From the NCBI RefSeq assembly GCF_009914755.1, contig NC_060932.1: 64,000 nt of DNA; one strand, given 5' to 3'. Source of the DNA: the human T2T-CHM13v2.0 reference genome, Homo sapiens. A program made the translations under genes and the position numbers. Below, piece after piece: positions 14,817 to 28,440 of this stretch; the first letter of the stretch is position 1; every line of letters begins with the position of its first letter. The notes under the pieces are model-generated. The model was not told the origin of the DNA. It worked only from the letters and a program-made list of their open reading frames with translations, and did not search any database.

Positions 14817-15665
14817 TCACACCCATCAGGATGACTACTATCAAAAAAATAAAATAAAATAAAATATAAACAAGGATTGGTAAGGATGTGGAGAAGTTGG
14901 AAGCCTTGCTTGTGCTTATGCACAATATGGAAGAACAATAAGGAACTTCCATATTGTTTTCTACAGCAACTGTACTATTTTACATTGGCAGCAATGTAAA
15001 ATAGCAGTAGCATTTTACGCTGGTGGCAATGCAAAATAGTACAGTTGCTATAGAAAACAATATGGAAGTTCCTTTTAAAAATGAAAATGTAATTACCATC
15101 TAGTCCAGCAATTCCACTTCTGGGTATGTTCCCCAAAGAATTGAAAGCAGAGACTCAAACAGGTACTCATATACTCATGTCCACAGCAACATTATTTCCA
15201 GTAGCCAAAAGGTCAAAGCAACCCATTGCCAGACGAATATACAAACAAAATGTGGTTCATCCATACAACGGAATATCATTTGGCCTTTAAAAGAAAGGAT
15301 ATTCTGACACATGCTACAACATGGAGAGTCCTTGAGGTGATGCTAAGTGAAATAAGCCAGAAACAAAAAGATAAGTACTACCTGGTTCCATTTACGTGAG
15401 GTGTCTAGAGTAGTCAACTTCATAGAGACATTAAATACAATGGTGGTTTCCATGTGCTTGCGGGGGTAGGAGACGGGTAGTGGGGAATTGTTCAGTGGGT
15501 ACAGAGTTTTAGTTTTGCAAGATGAAAAGAGTTATATAAATGAATGGTGGTGATAGTTGCACAACAATGTGGATGTATTTCATGCCACCAAACTACACAC
15601 TTAAAATGGCTAAGATGGTAAATTTTATATGTATTTTACCACAATTAATTTTTTAAAAAAGAAAA
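14817..15665 (+). mobile_element. L1 (L1MB-like) 3' fragment containing an internal inverted duplication
   Basis: ORF2-end motifs CCAGCAATTCCACTTCTGGGTAT and CTAAGTGAAATAAGCCAG; L1MB-type 3' UTR ...TATTTTACCACAAT. Confidence 0.85.
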
Positions 15666-17416
15666 TGGTGTCAGGAGAACCCTTCATGGGCAAATAAACT
15701 TCAGTTTATTCAGATCTTTTTGAATAAACCTTTTGAATGAAGGTCATTGTGTTGTTTGTTTGGTTTCTCAAGAAAGAAAATAAACAAAAACACATCAACA
15801 CTTAAAATGGTCCTCCTGGGAACAGAGCTCAGAAATATATGAGACCAACGTCCAGGGACAAAAGACTGGGATATTTAGCGTGTGAGAAATAGGTTGGACC
15901 TCCTCTTTATTTATTTACTAGAAAATACCCTACCAGTACGCACATGGGTAGCCTACGAAGATTCAAAATAAATTATTGCCCTCTCTATCCATCTGACTTT
16001 TTATGGGGCTGACAAGGACAGGAACAATAGGGACTCATCTTCCTTCTCCCACATTAGTCAGACTGTCCCTAAAGTCCTCTTCTCACAGATCACCAGATTA
16101 TCCTGAGCCCCCCAGAGGCTCACTGGATCGTCAGAGAACCTGCCAGATAGAGAAGAGAGTTTGAAAAGAACACAGCCCATAACAACCAAGTTTGAATTAG
16201 AGCTTCCCTCTAAAACACAAATGCAAATCCATTTGAGCCTTTTATTTTTATTTACCACACAGGCCTTTATAGACAAGAGCTCAGCTGAAGGCCACAGTAA
16301 GAATGATGTTTCATTAGTGTTTCTGTTTTGTTCTGTTCTGTTTTGTGGTTTTTTCCCCTGATGGGGACTTTGGATTTCTACACTAAAAATTAATCAGGAG
16401 ACCCTTGATTCAGCAGCAAGTCCTGCTAGGCTGTGTTTTGGTCTAGGCTTTTGGAGAGGGGCATAGTTGCCCAAGAATTCACAAAAGCATACTGAACAGA
16501 AAAATGAAAATAGAAAATAAATTTATGTTTCTAGAGAGATTAAGGCAGGGAGTAATTTAGTATTGGGGGAAAAAACTCCAACTCTGGGGCTAAGTCTTGA
16601 GAAGTGGAGAACTAAGTCCTTAATGGAGGATCCCCTATTGTAAACTCCAATGGTTTTCAATTAAAGGGCCACAAAGTAGTGAAAGCGATTTTTCGTATTT
16701 CAAGCAGCCTATTAGAAACAGAAGATCTGCTGGGATATGGTCACATGGACTCACCAGAAAGCCAAGTTGTTTTGTGTTTGAGCTGGAAGTCTCCCAAGTC
16801 AGTGTGGTAACACTGATTATCTCATCCCAATCAAAAACTCTTAATTGGCCATTGATGGTATCAAGGGCATTTCTGAGAGGAGATGTTTTACCTTCCCATT
16901 TTGTTATACGTTTTTGATTAATAAAAATGGAATTATAGCTGCATTATTATTTGTCCATAGCAGTTTGGAAGGCAAAGTCCTGCAAAACCCTGTGTTCACC
17001 AAGGAAGAAGCTTAAGGGGTCCTTGGTGGTGAAAAGTTGGGGAACCATCCTCTCCCTCTCCCTGGAACATGCACATTTCAAGGGAATAAACAGACTTCTT
17101 CTGAGCCAGAGTGGAGTGTGCCTGTTGTGTGAGAAAACGCAAAGACAGACAGTGTAAATTAACTGCATCTGGTAAGGTTAGGTGAGAAGGGGGAGGAGAT
17201 AATTAGTTGGCATTATAGGAACAAGGACAAGGAACAGAGTTCTATATTTACACAGAGGAAATCCAAAATAGACTACATTGCACCCATTTGGGGCTTGTAA
17301 GGGAACTCACGGAGTTGGCAGATGGACGCAGAGACCAGGCGCAAGGCTGATCCAAACCCCTGGATACCGTAAGCACCATTCCCACCTTCAACAAATGGAA
17401 ACCTGACTTTATGCCC

Positions 17417-17632
17417 TTTTTTTTCTTTTCTTTTCTGAGACAGGTCTCCCTCTGTCATCCAGGCTGGAATATGGTGGCACGATCACAGTTCTCTGCAGCC
17501 TCCACCTCCTGGGCCCAAGTGATCCTCCTACCTCAGCCTCCTGAGTATCTAGGGCCACAGGTGTGCACCACCACACCTGGCTAGCTTTTTTAGTTTTTGT
17601 AGAGATGGGATCCCACTATGGTGCTCAGGTTG
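17417..17632 (-). mobile_element. AluJ, 5'-truncated
   Basis: Poly-T, right arm and linker, then a partial left arm. Confidence 0.85.
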
Positions 17633-17749
17633 CTTCATGCCATTTTACTTCTGAAAATGAAGGCAAGAAGGCTAAGGTAAACCCGAAAGACATTCAGGAG
17701 CGATGAGACAAGGTTTCAGTGAGAGAACTCTTATCTTAAAACAAAAGCC

Positions 17750-18087
17750 CTTCTTGTGTCCATGTGTTCTCATTGTTCAATTCCCACCTATGAGTGAGAA
17801 CATGCAGTGTTTCGTTTTTTGTCCTTGCGAAAGTTTGCTGAGAATGATGGTTTCCAGCTTCATCCATGTCCCTACAAAGGACATGAACTCATCATACAGG
17901 AAGGAGAACATCACACACCGGGGACTGTTGTGGGGTGGGGGAAGGGGGGAGGGAGAGCATTAGGAGATATACCTAATGTTAAATGATGAATTAATGGGTG
18001 CAGCACACCAACATGGCACATGTATACATATGTAACAAACCTGCACGTTGTGCACATGTACCCTAAAATTTCAATTAAAAAAAAAAA
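17750..18087 (+). mobile_element. L1PA 3' end with 5' inversion (twin priming)
   Basis: About 17750-17895 is antisense L1; 17896-18087 is sense 3' UTR with G-tract and poly-A; TSD-like AAAAGCCC on both sides. Confidence 0.9.
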
Positions 18088-18836
18088 GCCCTACAATAAG
18101 CAAGCCAAACAAATGGATCTGTTTATAGTAAGGTGGGCTCACTTAAAACCTGATACTGGACTATTTACAGTACCCTTTGGTATGTATGTTTCCATGTGTA
18201 GACATGCAACATTTCGGAAGTAACGCACATTTCAAGTGAGGCAGAGACATCACTGGGCTATTTTATTGCACATAGGATAGTAAAAATAAATGCCACAGTC
18301 ACATAAAACTCATAATCTGCAGCCAAGATACGATTTCCACTTTCTCAGAAGAATTTAAAGCATGCTAGCACAAACTATGAAGGCGCCTAATATGAAAATC
18401 TTTTCTTTCTATAGACACAAAGATACTTTCTTTTGTACATGTAATATGTGTGTTACATAGGAAGAAAACATGAGCATATTCAACTTTATCGGTGAATGTA
18501 GTGAGATGTAGTTCTTTAAAGTAAGAGCTCCTGCTTAGTGCAGAGCCATTAAGGTGTGTACTTATGAGAAGCAAGGTGCAGGTGAGTATTTACAGATTTG
18601 CAAACATTTCTAAAGCCGGTTTACAGGGTGTTTATTACGAAAAAGGATGTAACAGTCATGAGGTTAGAGTACCTTCTTAAAAGAGAAGCTAAAGATAGTG
18701 GAAAAGACTAGATCAAGATTAGTGAGCTCAATCCACAGGCCGGAAAGGACAGGGTCTAGGCTGCTCTCATATGCATCCAGTCTCCCAGAGAATCCCTGGG
18801 AAACACAGAAATGAACAGATCCAACTCATCAGTTAG

Positions 18837-19238
<402 letters not shown>

Positions 19239-20587
19239 TGGAAGTAAGGACAGCTGTGTTCTAATGCCAGCTCTGCCCAACCAGCTGCACAACCACGGGC
19301 AAGTCATGCCACCGCTCAGCGTTCAGATTTTTCAGCTAGATGAGGAAAATGACTGACTCCAAAGAGTCCTTGCAACTCTATATATTTAAGCTTCTCTGTA
19401 CTTTCAAAAAAGACCAGAGCAACCCCAATAGCTCCCTAAAACGCAGCTCACTGGAACCTTCTAAAATGGCAAAGACACTATACACATCCAACAAACATTT
19501 TATATTTGCCCATCATCCTCTTCAAGCATCTCAGAGAACACTGCAAAGCTGCCATTGATATTTCAGTAGCCTCTTGAAGCCTACAGCAGTGACTGCACCT
19601 CCTAACCCATCATTATATTATTGAAGAACAAAGATGCTGAGTGCTTTGTCCAAGGTCAGAAGCTAGGACAAGATCAGAATTCCAGCCTCCTCAGTTCCTA
19701 GGCTATGCTATACTTTCCACGAAGAAACCAAGCTGGCTTTCTGGGAAGAATGCCAGAGGTTCCATTCTCCCAACTGAGAATTCGTTGGAATATTGGAATA
19801 ACAACTTTGGAGACTGTGGTCTCTCCAATCCATTTCAGGACCTGGCTAGAAATGTGAAAACCCAAAGAAAGAAGCAATAGGGAATTATTCCGTTTTTTAA
19901 CGAAAGAGAAAAAAATTAGGGATGGGAATATGGGGTTTCTTAAAAATTACATGATTTCTGGAAGTTAATTTGGTATTTCTTCATTGGTTTGTAAGTTCTG
20001 TTTCCAATCACAAAAAACAGACAGCTGAGGATGCCTAAATCACATTTCAGTGAATTAGTGTCTTGTCCCAAAGAATCTTTCCCATTCTGAATATAACATA
20101 GAACACAGAATGCAATCCTCCATGGTAGAAAGGAATCTCCCTGAACACAGCAGAGAGCTTGCCATAATCCCCTAAACCGTAATCTGAATTGATAATCTTC
20201 CAGCCAAGCAGCAATCACCGAGAATAATAAAGTGGGTGCCACTTAACTTGGGGCACATTGCTTCTTCTAGAAAACTGATTGAGACCATACCCTGCCCGAA
20301 AGGAGAGGTGCCATCGCTTATATCCTGCACCACACATACTACTTATTAGGCTGAAGCTGGTGCACCTGGAAAAGACTCCACCACAGATTTAGAGACACGT
20401 GTTCCAAAGGAAGATTCTGGCTTCTTCCAAGAAAGGCCAGCATGAGGAGGCCTTTGTTGGATGACCTTAGTGACTTGAAATAACATGAAACCAACTTGAC
20501 AGCAAAGCTCCATGGATCAGTACTCAGAGTTGAGGTTCATGAAGAAAAGGAACCAAAAATGATTGAAAAATCACTTTTTCCCCCTAC

Positions 20588-20656
20588 CTGTCAATTATGA
20601 CTGGGTCCGATGGAGTCTCATTTCGGTTTCCACAGCTTTTCTTTTCGCAGCATCGA
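20588..20656 (-). CDS. EBF2: EBF2 exon 6 (69 nt): (S)[22 protein letters not shown](R)
   Basis: Acceptor CTACAG|T, donor CAG|GTAGGG; completes the H-x3-C-x2-C-x5-C zinc knuckle. Confidence 0.97.
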
Positions 20657-20734
20657 CTGTAGATTGGGAAGGAACCAAGAGTGAAAGAAATTTATTAAAT
20701 CAAGAAAATGCAATGAGCACATGACAAGAACATT

Positions 20735-21032
20735 TTTTCCCCCCAGACAGAGTCTGGCTCTGTCACCAGGCTGTAGTACAATGGCTTGATGCCTCCTTCT
20801 TGGCTCACCACAACCTCTGCCTCCTGGGTTCAAGCAATTCTCCTGCCTCAGCCTCCTGACTAACTGGGACTACAGGTGTGTGCCACCGCGCCCAGCTAAT
20901 TTCTGTATTTTTACTAAAGATGGGTTGTTACCATGTTGGCCAGGCTGGTCTTGAACTCCTGACCTCAGGTGATCTGCCCACCTCGGCCTCCCAAAGTGCT
21001 GGGATTACTGGCATGAGCTGTAGTGCCTGGCC
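20735..21032 (-). mobile_element. AluSx-like, about 80 bp upstream of the exon 6 acceptor
   Basis: Full dimer; TSD ACAAGAACATT. Confidence 0.93.
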
Positions 21033-21063
21033 ACAAGAACATTCACCTTCGTGAATCTGTCTT

Positions 21064-21275
21064 GGAGGGAAACAACACACACTGGGGCCTGTCCGAGGGG
21101 TGGTGCAGGGAGGGAGAGCCTCAGGAAGAATAGCTAATGGATGCTGGGCTTAATACCTAGATGATGGGTTGATCTGTGCAGCAAACCACCGTGGCACATG
21201 TTTACCTGTGTAACAAACCTATACGTCCTGCACATGGTCCCCTGAACTTAAAATAAAAGTTGAAGAAAAAAAAAA
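21064..21275 (+). mobile_element. Older L1PA 3' UTR fragment
   Basis: ...GCAAACCACCGTGGCACATGTTTACC...CTTAAAATAAAAGTT plus poly-A; TSD TGAATCTGTCT. Confidence 0.88.
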
Positions 21276-22647
21276 TGAATCTGTCTAAGGTAGCTTCCCA
21301 ACTATAAGCTACTTGAGGGCAGGATTTATGACCATGTTTTATAAAATAAAAAATAAAAAACACTGAACCTGAAGCCAAAATATACTCAAATTCTCACTCT
21401 GTGACTTAGAAGCTGGCTAATTCTCAGCAAATCACAACTTTCCCATGAGTCATATTTGTAATCGGAACCACGGAAGGTTGGATATTAAGATGGATAAGGT
21501 CACTTCCAGATTGATATTCAATGATTTTATGAGATTTTAGATATTTGTGGCTCAGTAAATAATTAAAGAAACGAGAGGAAGGAAAATATGTAAAATAGAC
21601 TGCAAGTGGCTGCCAGGATTACTATAAACCTTATTTACATAACATCTTTCTCCAGAGATCTTGCTATACTTTATAAACATTTATTCATTCACTTATTTCC
21701 ATCATTTTTCAGATGAAGTAGGAAGACCAGAACTACGGTATACATTTTAAAATACGAGGAAAATGAAGCAAGGAGCTGTTGGATGGTAGCTCCAATAATT
21801 TTCACCAAGTCTGAAACAGAAATGGTATCCCACTGTTTGTAAGTCCCAGCTCTGAAAACTCCACTTTCCAAGACGTCCCTCTTGTGCTGGGTACCTGATA
21901 GAAAGACCTCAATAAATGCTGATAGGATTAGCTGAGAGGGAGATAAAGAAGATCCCCTGGGGCAATTACAGCAAACAGAAAGTACTCCCTAGGACCTGAG
22001 AGGGGTGCAAAACACTCCAATCCAAAGGTATCTGTTCGAAAATACCTAGACAAATGTGAGAAGGGCAAAGGAAGCTTGCTGGTAAGAAGCACTGGGAATT
22101 CACTCCCTTACCACCAGGGAGCCCATCTGCTGCCTATCAGGGCTACAGACTTCTGAATACCTCTCAGCTCATCTCAGGTACATGGTCCACTATCAACTAT
22201 AGTTGGCTAAGGATGTAGCCTTGACATGGCTTTTTAAAAAATCTTTATCATCCATACTGGTTGGAGAATATGCCTAAGGAGTAAGCACACTAACAATAAC
22301 CAAACTCTATGTGAACACTGCCCTGCCCATGGTAGTTTTTCTGTAGCATAAGTTTGACATGATACCTTAGGAAGATTGCTGAACTGGGAATCAGCGTTCT
22401 GGTGTCCAAGCTGTCACCAACCAGCTTCACAAATTTAGTCAAATGTCTTTAACCCCTCTGGGCTTTTTCTTTCTTATGAATAAAGTGAAAGTGTTGGATT
22501 TGATTCTCTCTAGAGTGTCTTCTAGGTCTAAGTCCATGAGGCTAGGGGATTCCATGAGCACCCTTTGAAAGTGGTGATAACATAAGGAAAAAGGGAAGTC
22601 ATGTGACAGCAGGAACCCAATGGCCTAGCACCAACCCAGTCTTAGAA

Positions 22648-22951
22648 TTTTTTTTTTTTTTTTGAGACAGAGTCTCCCTTTGTTGCTCAGGCTGGAATGC
22701 AGTGACATGATCATGACTCACTGCAGTCTCAACCTTCCAGGTTTAAATGATCCTCCTTTCTCAGACTCCCATATGTAGCTGAGACAACAGGTGCACACCA
22801 CCACACTTGGCTAATTTTTTATTTTTCATTTTGGTAGAGATAGGGTCTTGCTGTGTTGCCCAGGCTGATCTCGAACTCCTAGGCTCAAGCCATCTGCTCA
22901 CATCGGCCTCCCAAAGTGCTAGGATTACAGGTGTATGCCACCATGCCAAGC
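22648..22951 (-). mobile_element. AluJ
   Basis: Dimer; TSD CCCAGTC(T/C)TAG. Confidence 0.9.
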
Positions 22952-25900
22952 CCCAGTCCTAGCTCTGTGGCTCTCTGCAGCTCATTTGCCCTCTCTGGTT
23001 CTCCACAGAATTAAACACAAACAAATAAATATCTTAAAACTTTTTAAACCCACCTCTTTCATGGGTGTGTGGATTCGCAAGTGAGTAAGTCTACCATCCT
23101 CAGAAAGTAAAATATACTTGAGAGATGCTTAAACATTTGCAGCAAATGGGCACAATGAGGTTTTAAGAAATTTAATCAAATTAGTAGGAAGGAAAAGAAA
23201 AATGGTCTCAACTTTCTTAAATACCAGAGTTTGCCACTGGGACTTTCTGAAATAATATTTGGCCTTTGAAATTATATTAGGTCTTAACTTTTAAAATTTC
23301 AATCCATCCCAAGATTAACACCAATAAAAATGCAGGCCAGCTGCTCTCCCACCTCCTAAAGCCCTTGTCTCTCTTCCCAAATCCCTACCCCCCACCCATT
23401 TCTCCCACCTTTCCTGTTTCTAGAATATTGCTTATGTCAACGTAATACCTTTGCAGCTCAGGCAAACCATTTTTCTTAGCAACACAGTTTCAAAAGACCC
23501 ATACATGCCAGCTACCTACAGACCTTCAAGCAAGACTCTCCCTTTTGACATCACCAGCATGTCAACCTAACCCCAAATATGTGTGCAATGCCGGGTACAA
23601 TTTAATTACAAGAGCACACACTGTCAGAACGTGCCAATCTGTTTAGTTTGGGTAGGAATGATTCTGAGGGGGCTGAGTAAGTTTTCAAAATTGTTCAGCT
23701 GAATTCAGCTGCCTTCCGTGGGGATTTCCTCTGGAGGAAAAGAAAACAGATAAAAATGTAAGCCTGGTGCCAGTGTAGTATAATGTAGGGAAAGAACTTG
23801 GGAGGAAATGATATTCAAAGAAAAATGCAGATAAACTTTAGGATCCAATCCTCCATTTTCCAACAGTAACATATTTAAATATCATCTCTAATGCTGATAT
23901 TCAGCACAAAACATACATAGAACACACTCACTTGGCCATTGAACTATAATAGTAAAGGTATAAAAATAATAGAACTTGGTTGAATTAGCCCCATTTGAGC
24001 CCATCTTAAATTTTTTTCTGGGTCTGTTAAGTTGGCCAAAGCAAATTATTATTTTTTTTTTAGAAAAGTTCTCACTAATATGTTCTAGTCGTTCTTTGTT
24101 TTTAACGGCATTCAGTCCTCCTGCCAGCAATATTAGCACAAGCAATGGGAAGTGGAGAACCTGAGATGTTTGTGAACCTACACTCCCCAAACAGTGTGGA
24201 ACAGCTAAGAAACCAGGTCCCTGAATTACTCAGATGATAAACTCAATTCTGCCTTCCCTTTGCTGTGTAAACAAAGCCTGAGTGACCAACTTCAGGTTCA
24301 GCTACTTTAGTTAAAAGGCTTTTAGGATTATTCTCCAACAAGCAAGTCTGAAGTTCCTGATAAGTGTTTTCTAAAACTAAAAATGACTCTAAGATTAAAA
24401 AAAAAAGTAATAAAAAAATAAATAAAACAAAGAGAAGAGGAAACTGAGCTTGGCAATAGGTTAAGACTGTGTTCGTAACAACCCCAGAGAGACTCAGAGG
24501 TGCTCTTTTTTCCTAATGAATGAAAATGAAAGCTGTTCCACTGTTTCTCTCTGGCTTGGTTTGGTTTATTTTATTCTAGTACTTATTTGGAGAATCTTTT
24601 ACTTGAAACACTCTCAATTTATTCTCCCCATCTCCACCCGGAGTCTTTGAAGGAGAGAGAAAAAATAAAACAAGTTGGAAGTGGGAGGTGGGGAAATATG
24701 AGAACTCTTATCACAATCCTGAATCATACCTGCATTTTTCAGAAAGGGAAAAAGAGGAATAAAAGATGGCTGGGGAAGGGGAAAAAGCCCCAGCCTTGGA
24801 CGGAGAGTGTCCCGTCAGCCAAACTCCAGCTCACGACAAGCGAGTGTGTCCCTTTCCCCTCCAAAATAGTTTTTAAAATTCAACCTTCAACTTTCAAAAA
24901 TCTGTCTCTAATTTCAAACTCAAATAAGCGCACAGCATGGTGGCTTTTGTTTTGTTTTCTTCTCCCCAACTCCTCCCTGCGATTGCATAACAAAAGTGTC
25001 TAAATTCACACCATCTGGCCGATAAAGACACTGGCCCCACTGCCCGGCTGGCCCATCTGATTAGGGCCCTGTCTAGCCTGCGCCTTGTGGCGAAAAGTCA
25101 CAGCTGTGGGGTTTGCTCAAGCTCAATACAACTCTGTTATTAGCCAGCTGTAGGCCTTGAGACGACTTCTGTTCAAATTATAATATCTTTTAACCCTCTG
25201 AGCATTGAGGGCTCAGGGGTGGCTGGCAGCGACATAACAACTAGATTTCTCCTTGCTAATAATTGGCAAAATGAACCAAAGCAGGGAAGAGAGGAACAGA
25301 GACCATTGGGGAAGGGAGAAAAAAAAAGTTATTCCTAAAGAGATTTATTTTGTCTCTGCTTTGTTCCCCCATTCAAAGCTAAACACAGATTTATGAGGCT
25401 TTTACTAAAGATTACGGAACATAAAACCATCCGGGGAAGTGCCCAGGTATGCCAAATAACACTATGCAAATGAAACTAAGTATATGCAATAACCCTTGAG
25501 AAACAGGGCACCTGATTCATCTCTCAATCATTGACTGCTACAACTGGCTCTTAAAATGTAAGAGAAGGAACTTTTCCCCCTTCCTGGAGTATCAACCAGC
25601 TCTAACTGACAGATTGAATGAGAACTTCCCTTTTGGATGCATCTAATATTTGCCATTACCCATCTCATCTGCACACATGTACACACACACATGTATGCTG
25701 CAGACAGTATCCATCCAATGGATCATTTATTTACACATAATTAATATTTATTTTAAATTGTAGTTTGGGAAGAAAACAGCAGAGCATCTTCCCAGGTCTC
25801 CAATGCAGAGAAGTTACAGTACATTAAATTTTTATATTGTGTTACTAATGCAGACTAAACTAGAGGCTTTAAAAATTGATGCTGCTACTTAAACAGCATA

Positions 25901-27529
25901 AAATGAGGAGGATTTGATTGGGCTTAAAAATAAAAATGTCAGTCTTAACTACAGCTGGATGGGGCATGCAAGTATTATTTTAAATGATAGTTATAATTCA
26001 TTAGACAATGGATCAATTTTTTGTTTTCTTTCCTTTTCAGGAGGTAATCTCTCCAAACAAAGGCATAAAAAGAAAAACCTCCCTTCAACTAACCAACCTA
26101 ATCAAAGCGTTCTATTTAAATCTAGGTATTATATGAACTACATCTCAGAACTGTATTTTCTTTCTGAACAAATCTATCAAACGTCCCTGAGATATTGGAG
26201 TATCTATCTTCTTACTCCTCCCAATGCCTTCCCCCCAGCTACTCCAGCAAGGAAGCCTCCATTGCTTTCAGCTGAAGCCACTGGCATTTGGAAAGTTTGT
26301 TTTGGTACTTGGTCAAAACCAAAACAAACATGTCTGATTGTTATGGTTTCTTCCTGACTGGGTTGGGGAGGGAGACAGGGCTTCAGGGAGCTGCCCGTAA
26401 AACAGTACACACTAAATCAGATAATCTGCAATTACCCAAAGCTAGTAAGTCTGGAGTTAGGAGACATTGACTAAAGCAATAGCCAAGTAAGGAAGAATTG
26501 AGACTTTCCCTCCAATCAAAGATTTTTGGAGGAAGAAAAGCATGTATGGAGCAGACATTTAAATTTTCATAATAAAATAGCCACACTCTTCCCAGAGTTT
26601 CCTATTTATATCCTTTCTTGTCTGCGGTGGGATCCCCAGCACCCAACCGATACCGGGCACACGTTAGGCACTCAATAAACATTTGTTGAAAGAATAAGGG
26701 TAGATGCAATTCTTCTGATTTTTTAAACTTTCTTCTAGTCAGGCAGAAAAAAAGGGTGGGGGGGGAATGCACAGGACTCAAGGTGGAATGGATTGATCTC
26801 TGAAAGGAAGATGGGAAAGGTGCAGGAACGCCAGTAGACTGAACCTTTCACGACGTGAATATCAGAATCCAGCTGTTGCTCCACACTCCAGATCTCCCAG
26901 CGGGTCCTCTCCCTGCCCCTCCTAACGCTGGTGGGAACTGGACTGATCTTTCTTCCAGGTAGTTCCTTCTGACCTGAGAAACTCCCCCGACACGAGAACT
27001 CCTAAGAGAGCAACCTCCCGGGAGGAAGAAACGCCCACGCATCACAGCAGGTGCCTGGGTGCCAGGAAGCACCCCGGAAATGAGCCGCTGGACCCTCTGG
27101 TGGTCCCTCGCCCAGACTAGGAGTCGTTCCAGGGCTTTCACTCAGTAACTCCAAGTGGAGTTACTGGAAATCTACCACAAGAGGCCCGGCGGGAACTCCA
27201 GCCGATCCCAAACCCGGCCCGGGGTTGCCCAGCCCGCTTCCACCACTACCACTGACAAGGGCACAGTGGAGACTTTCCACGTAGCCGGAGGAAACTCCTG
27301 CGACATCAGAGAGGTGGAATCCCGAGTCGTTCTGAGTCCCAATGGTTATGCTTTAAGACACTTGCATGAAGGGGTTTCCGTGGATCTACACTCTGCGCCC
27401 GTCTGCCCGCGAGGCCTCCCAGCTGCGAGCGCTCAGTCCTGAAAGTTAGTCCCGGGAACGCGGCGCGCCAAGGCGGGGCTGGAGCACCTGCGGGCTCTCC
27501 AGGAAGGCCTGGGAAAAGGCGGCTCTTAC

Positions 27530-27603
27530 CTACACATCACTTCGTGCGTCAGGAGAACTCGGCACATTTCCGGATTCTTATTCTGTCCCTCGTAAGCGAT
27601 GGG
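27530..27603 (-). CDS. EBF2: EBF2 exon 5 (74 nt): [24 protein letters not shown](S)
   Basis: Acceptor TTCACAG|CCC, donor TAG|GTAAGA; first half of the zinc knuckle (H-x3-C). Confidence 0.97.
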
Positions 27604-28117
27604 CTGTGAAGGAGGTAGTGGCAGGAAAGGAAGATGTGGAGAGGGGTGGGGGGCAAGGAAAGAAGGGACTTCAGAACAAGCACAACATCGCTTTCCCTCC
27701 CACTACCTGCCACCGCATTAGGAATTCCCGCCCGCAGCACATTCTGCGCGGTTGCCGAGTTTGGACTCGACTGAAATCATAGAGAAGTTTGCCCCAGTGA
27801 GAACATCATTCTTAGCAAAATGGAATGTTTGCGGGAACTGAATCTCCCAATAATTGTTTCCTCTCCATCCTTTTTGTTCGCCTCTTACTGCCCCCAGGGT
27901 TTCCCTGAGCCAGACAAAACAGGTCACTTGGTGAGACAGGGAAGAAAAAAAAAAAAAAATCTTCCCTAGCAGACAAGGTGCTGGGAGGGGGACGTGGAGG
28001 GGGCTGTGGAGTCTGACCCAGGAAATCGTGGAGGAGGGGCAGGTCAGAAACAAACTGGGGGGTTTGGGGGTCGGGGTCAGAGACAGGCGAAGAGAAGCCA
28101 AGTGGCCTCCGGCTCAC

Positions 28118-28173
28118 CTGCTTGGTGACCGAGTCGATGAGCCTGACATAGAGGTCCTGTTCCGTGCGGACAC
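28118..28173 (-). CDS. EBF2: EBF2 exon 4 (56 nt): (G)VRTEQDLYVRLIDSVTKQ
   Basis: Acceptor CCCCGCAG|GT, donor CAG|GTGAGC; peptide visible in ORF 27812..28306. Confidence 0.97.
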
Positions 28174-28440
28174 CTGCGGGGACCGGAGGGGCACGAGTCA
28201 AGGGCCGTAGAGCCCCTTCCGGGCACCCCAAACCCTTCTCTGCCATGGGTCTGAGGCCCAAGCAGCCTCTCCATGCTGAGCCGCCCTGGAGACGGTGACC
28301 TCCCAATCCCCTGTCCCAGGCAAGCCTCCCGCCGCCCTGGGCTCCATGCGATCCCTGAGAGTGATCATGGCAAGGTCAGCGCGTGCGGCCCGGAAGCCGG
28401 CTGCTAGGCGCCGGCTCACCGTTGCTGTAGAAGAGCTCAC

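Noticed and set aside
18570-18590. Strong plus-strand donor CAG|GTGAGT suggesting an antisense exon
   Set aside because: Isolated motif expected by chance; no supporting exon chain can be shown from sequence alone.
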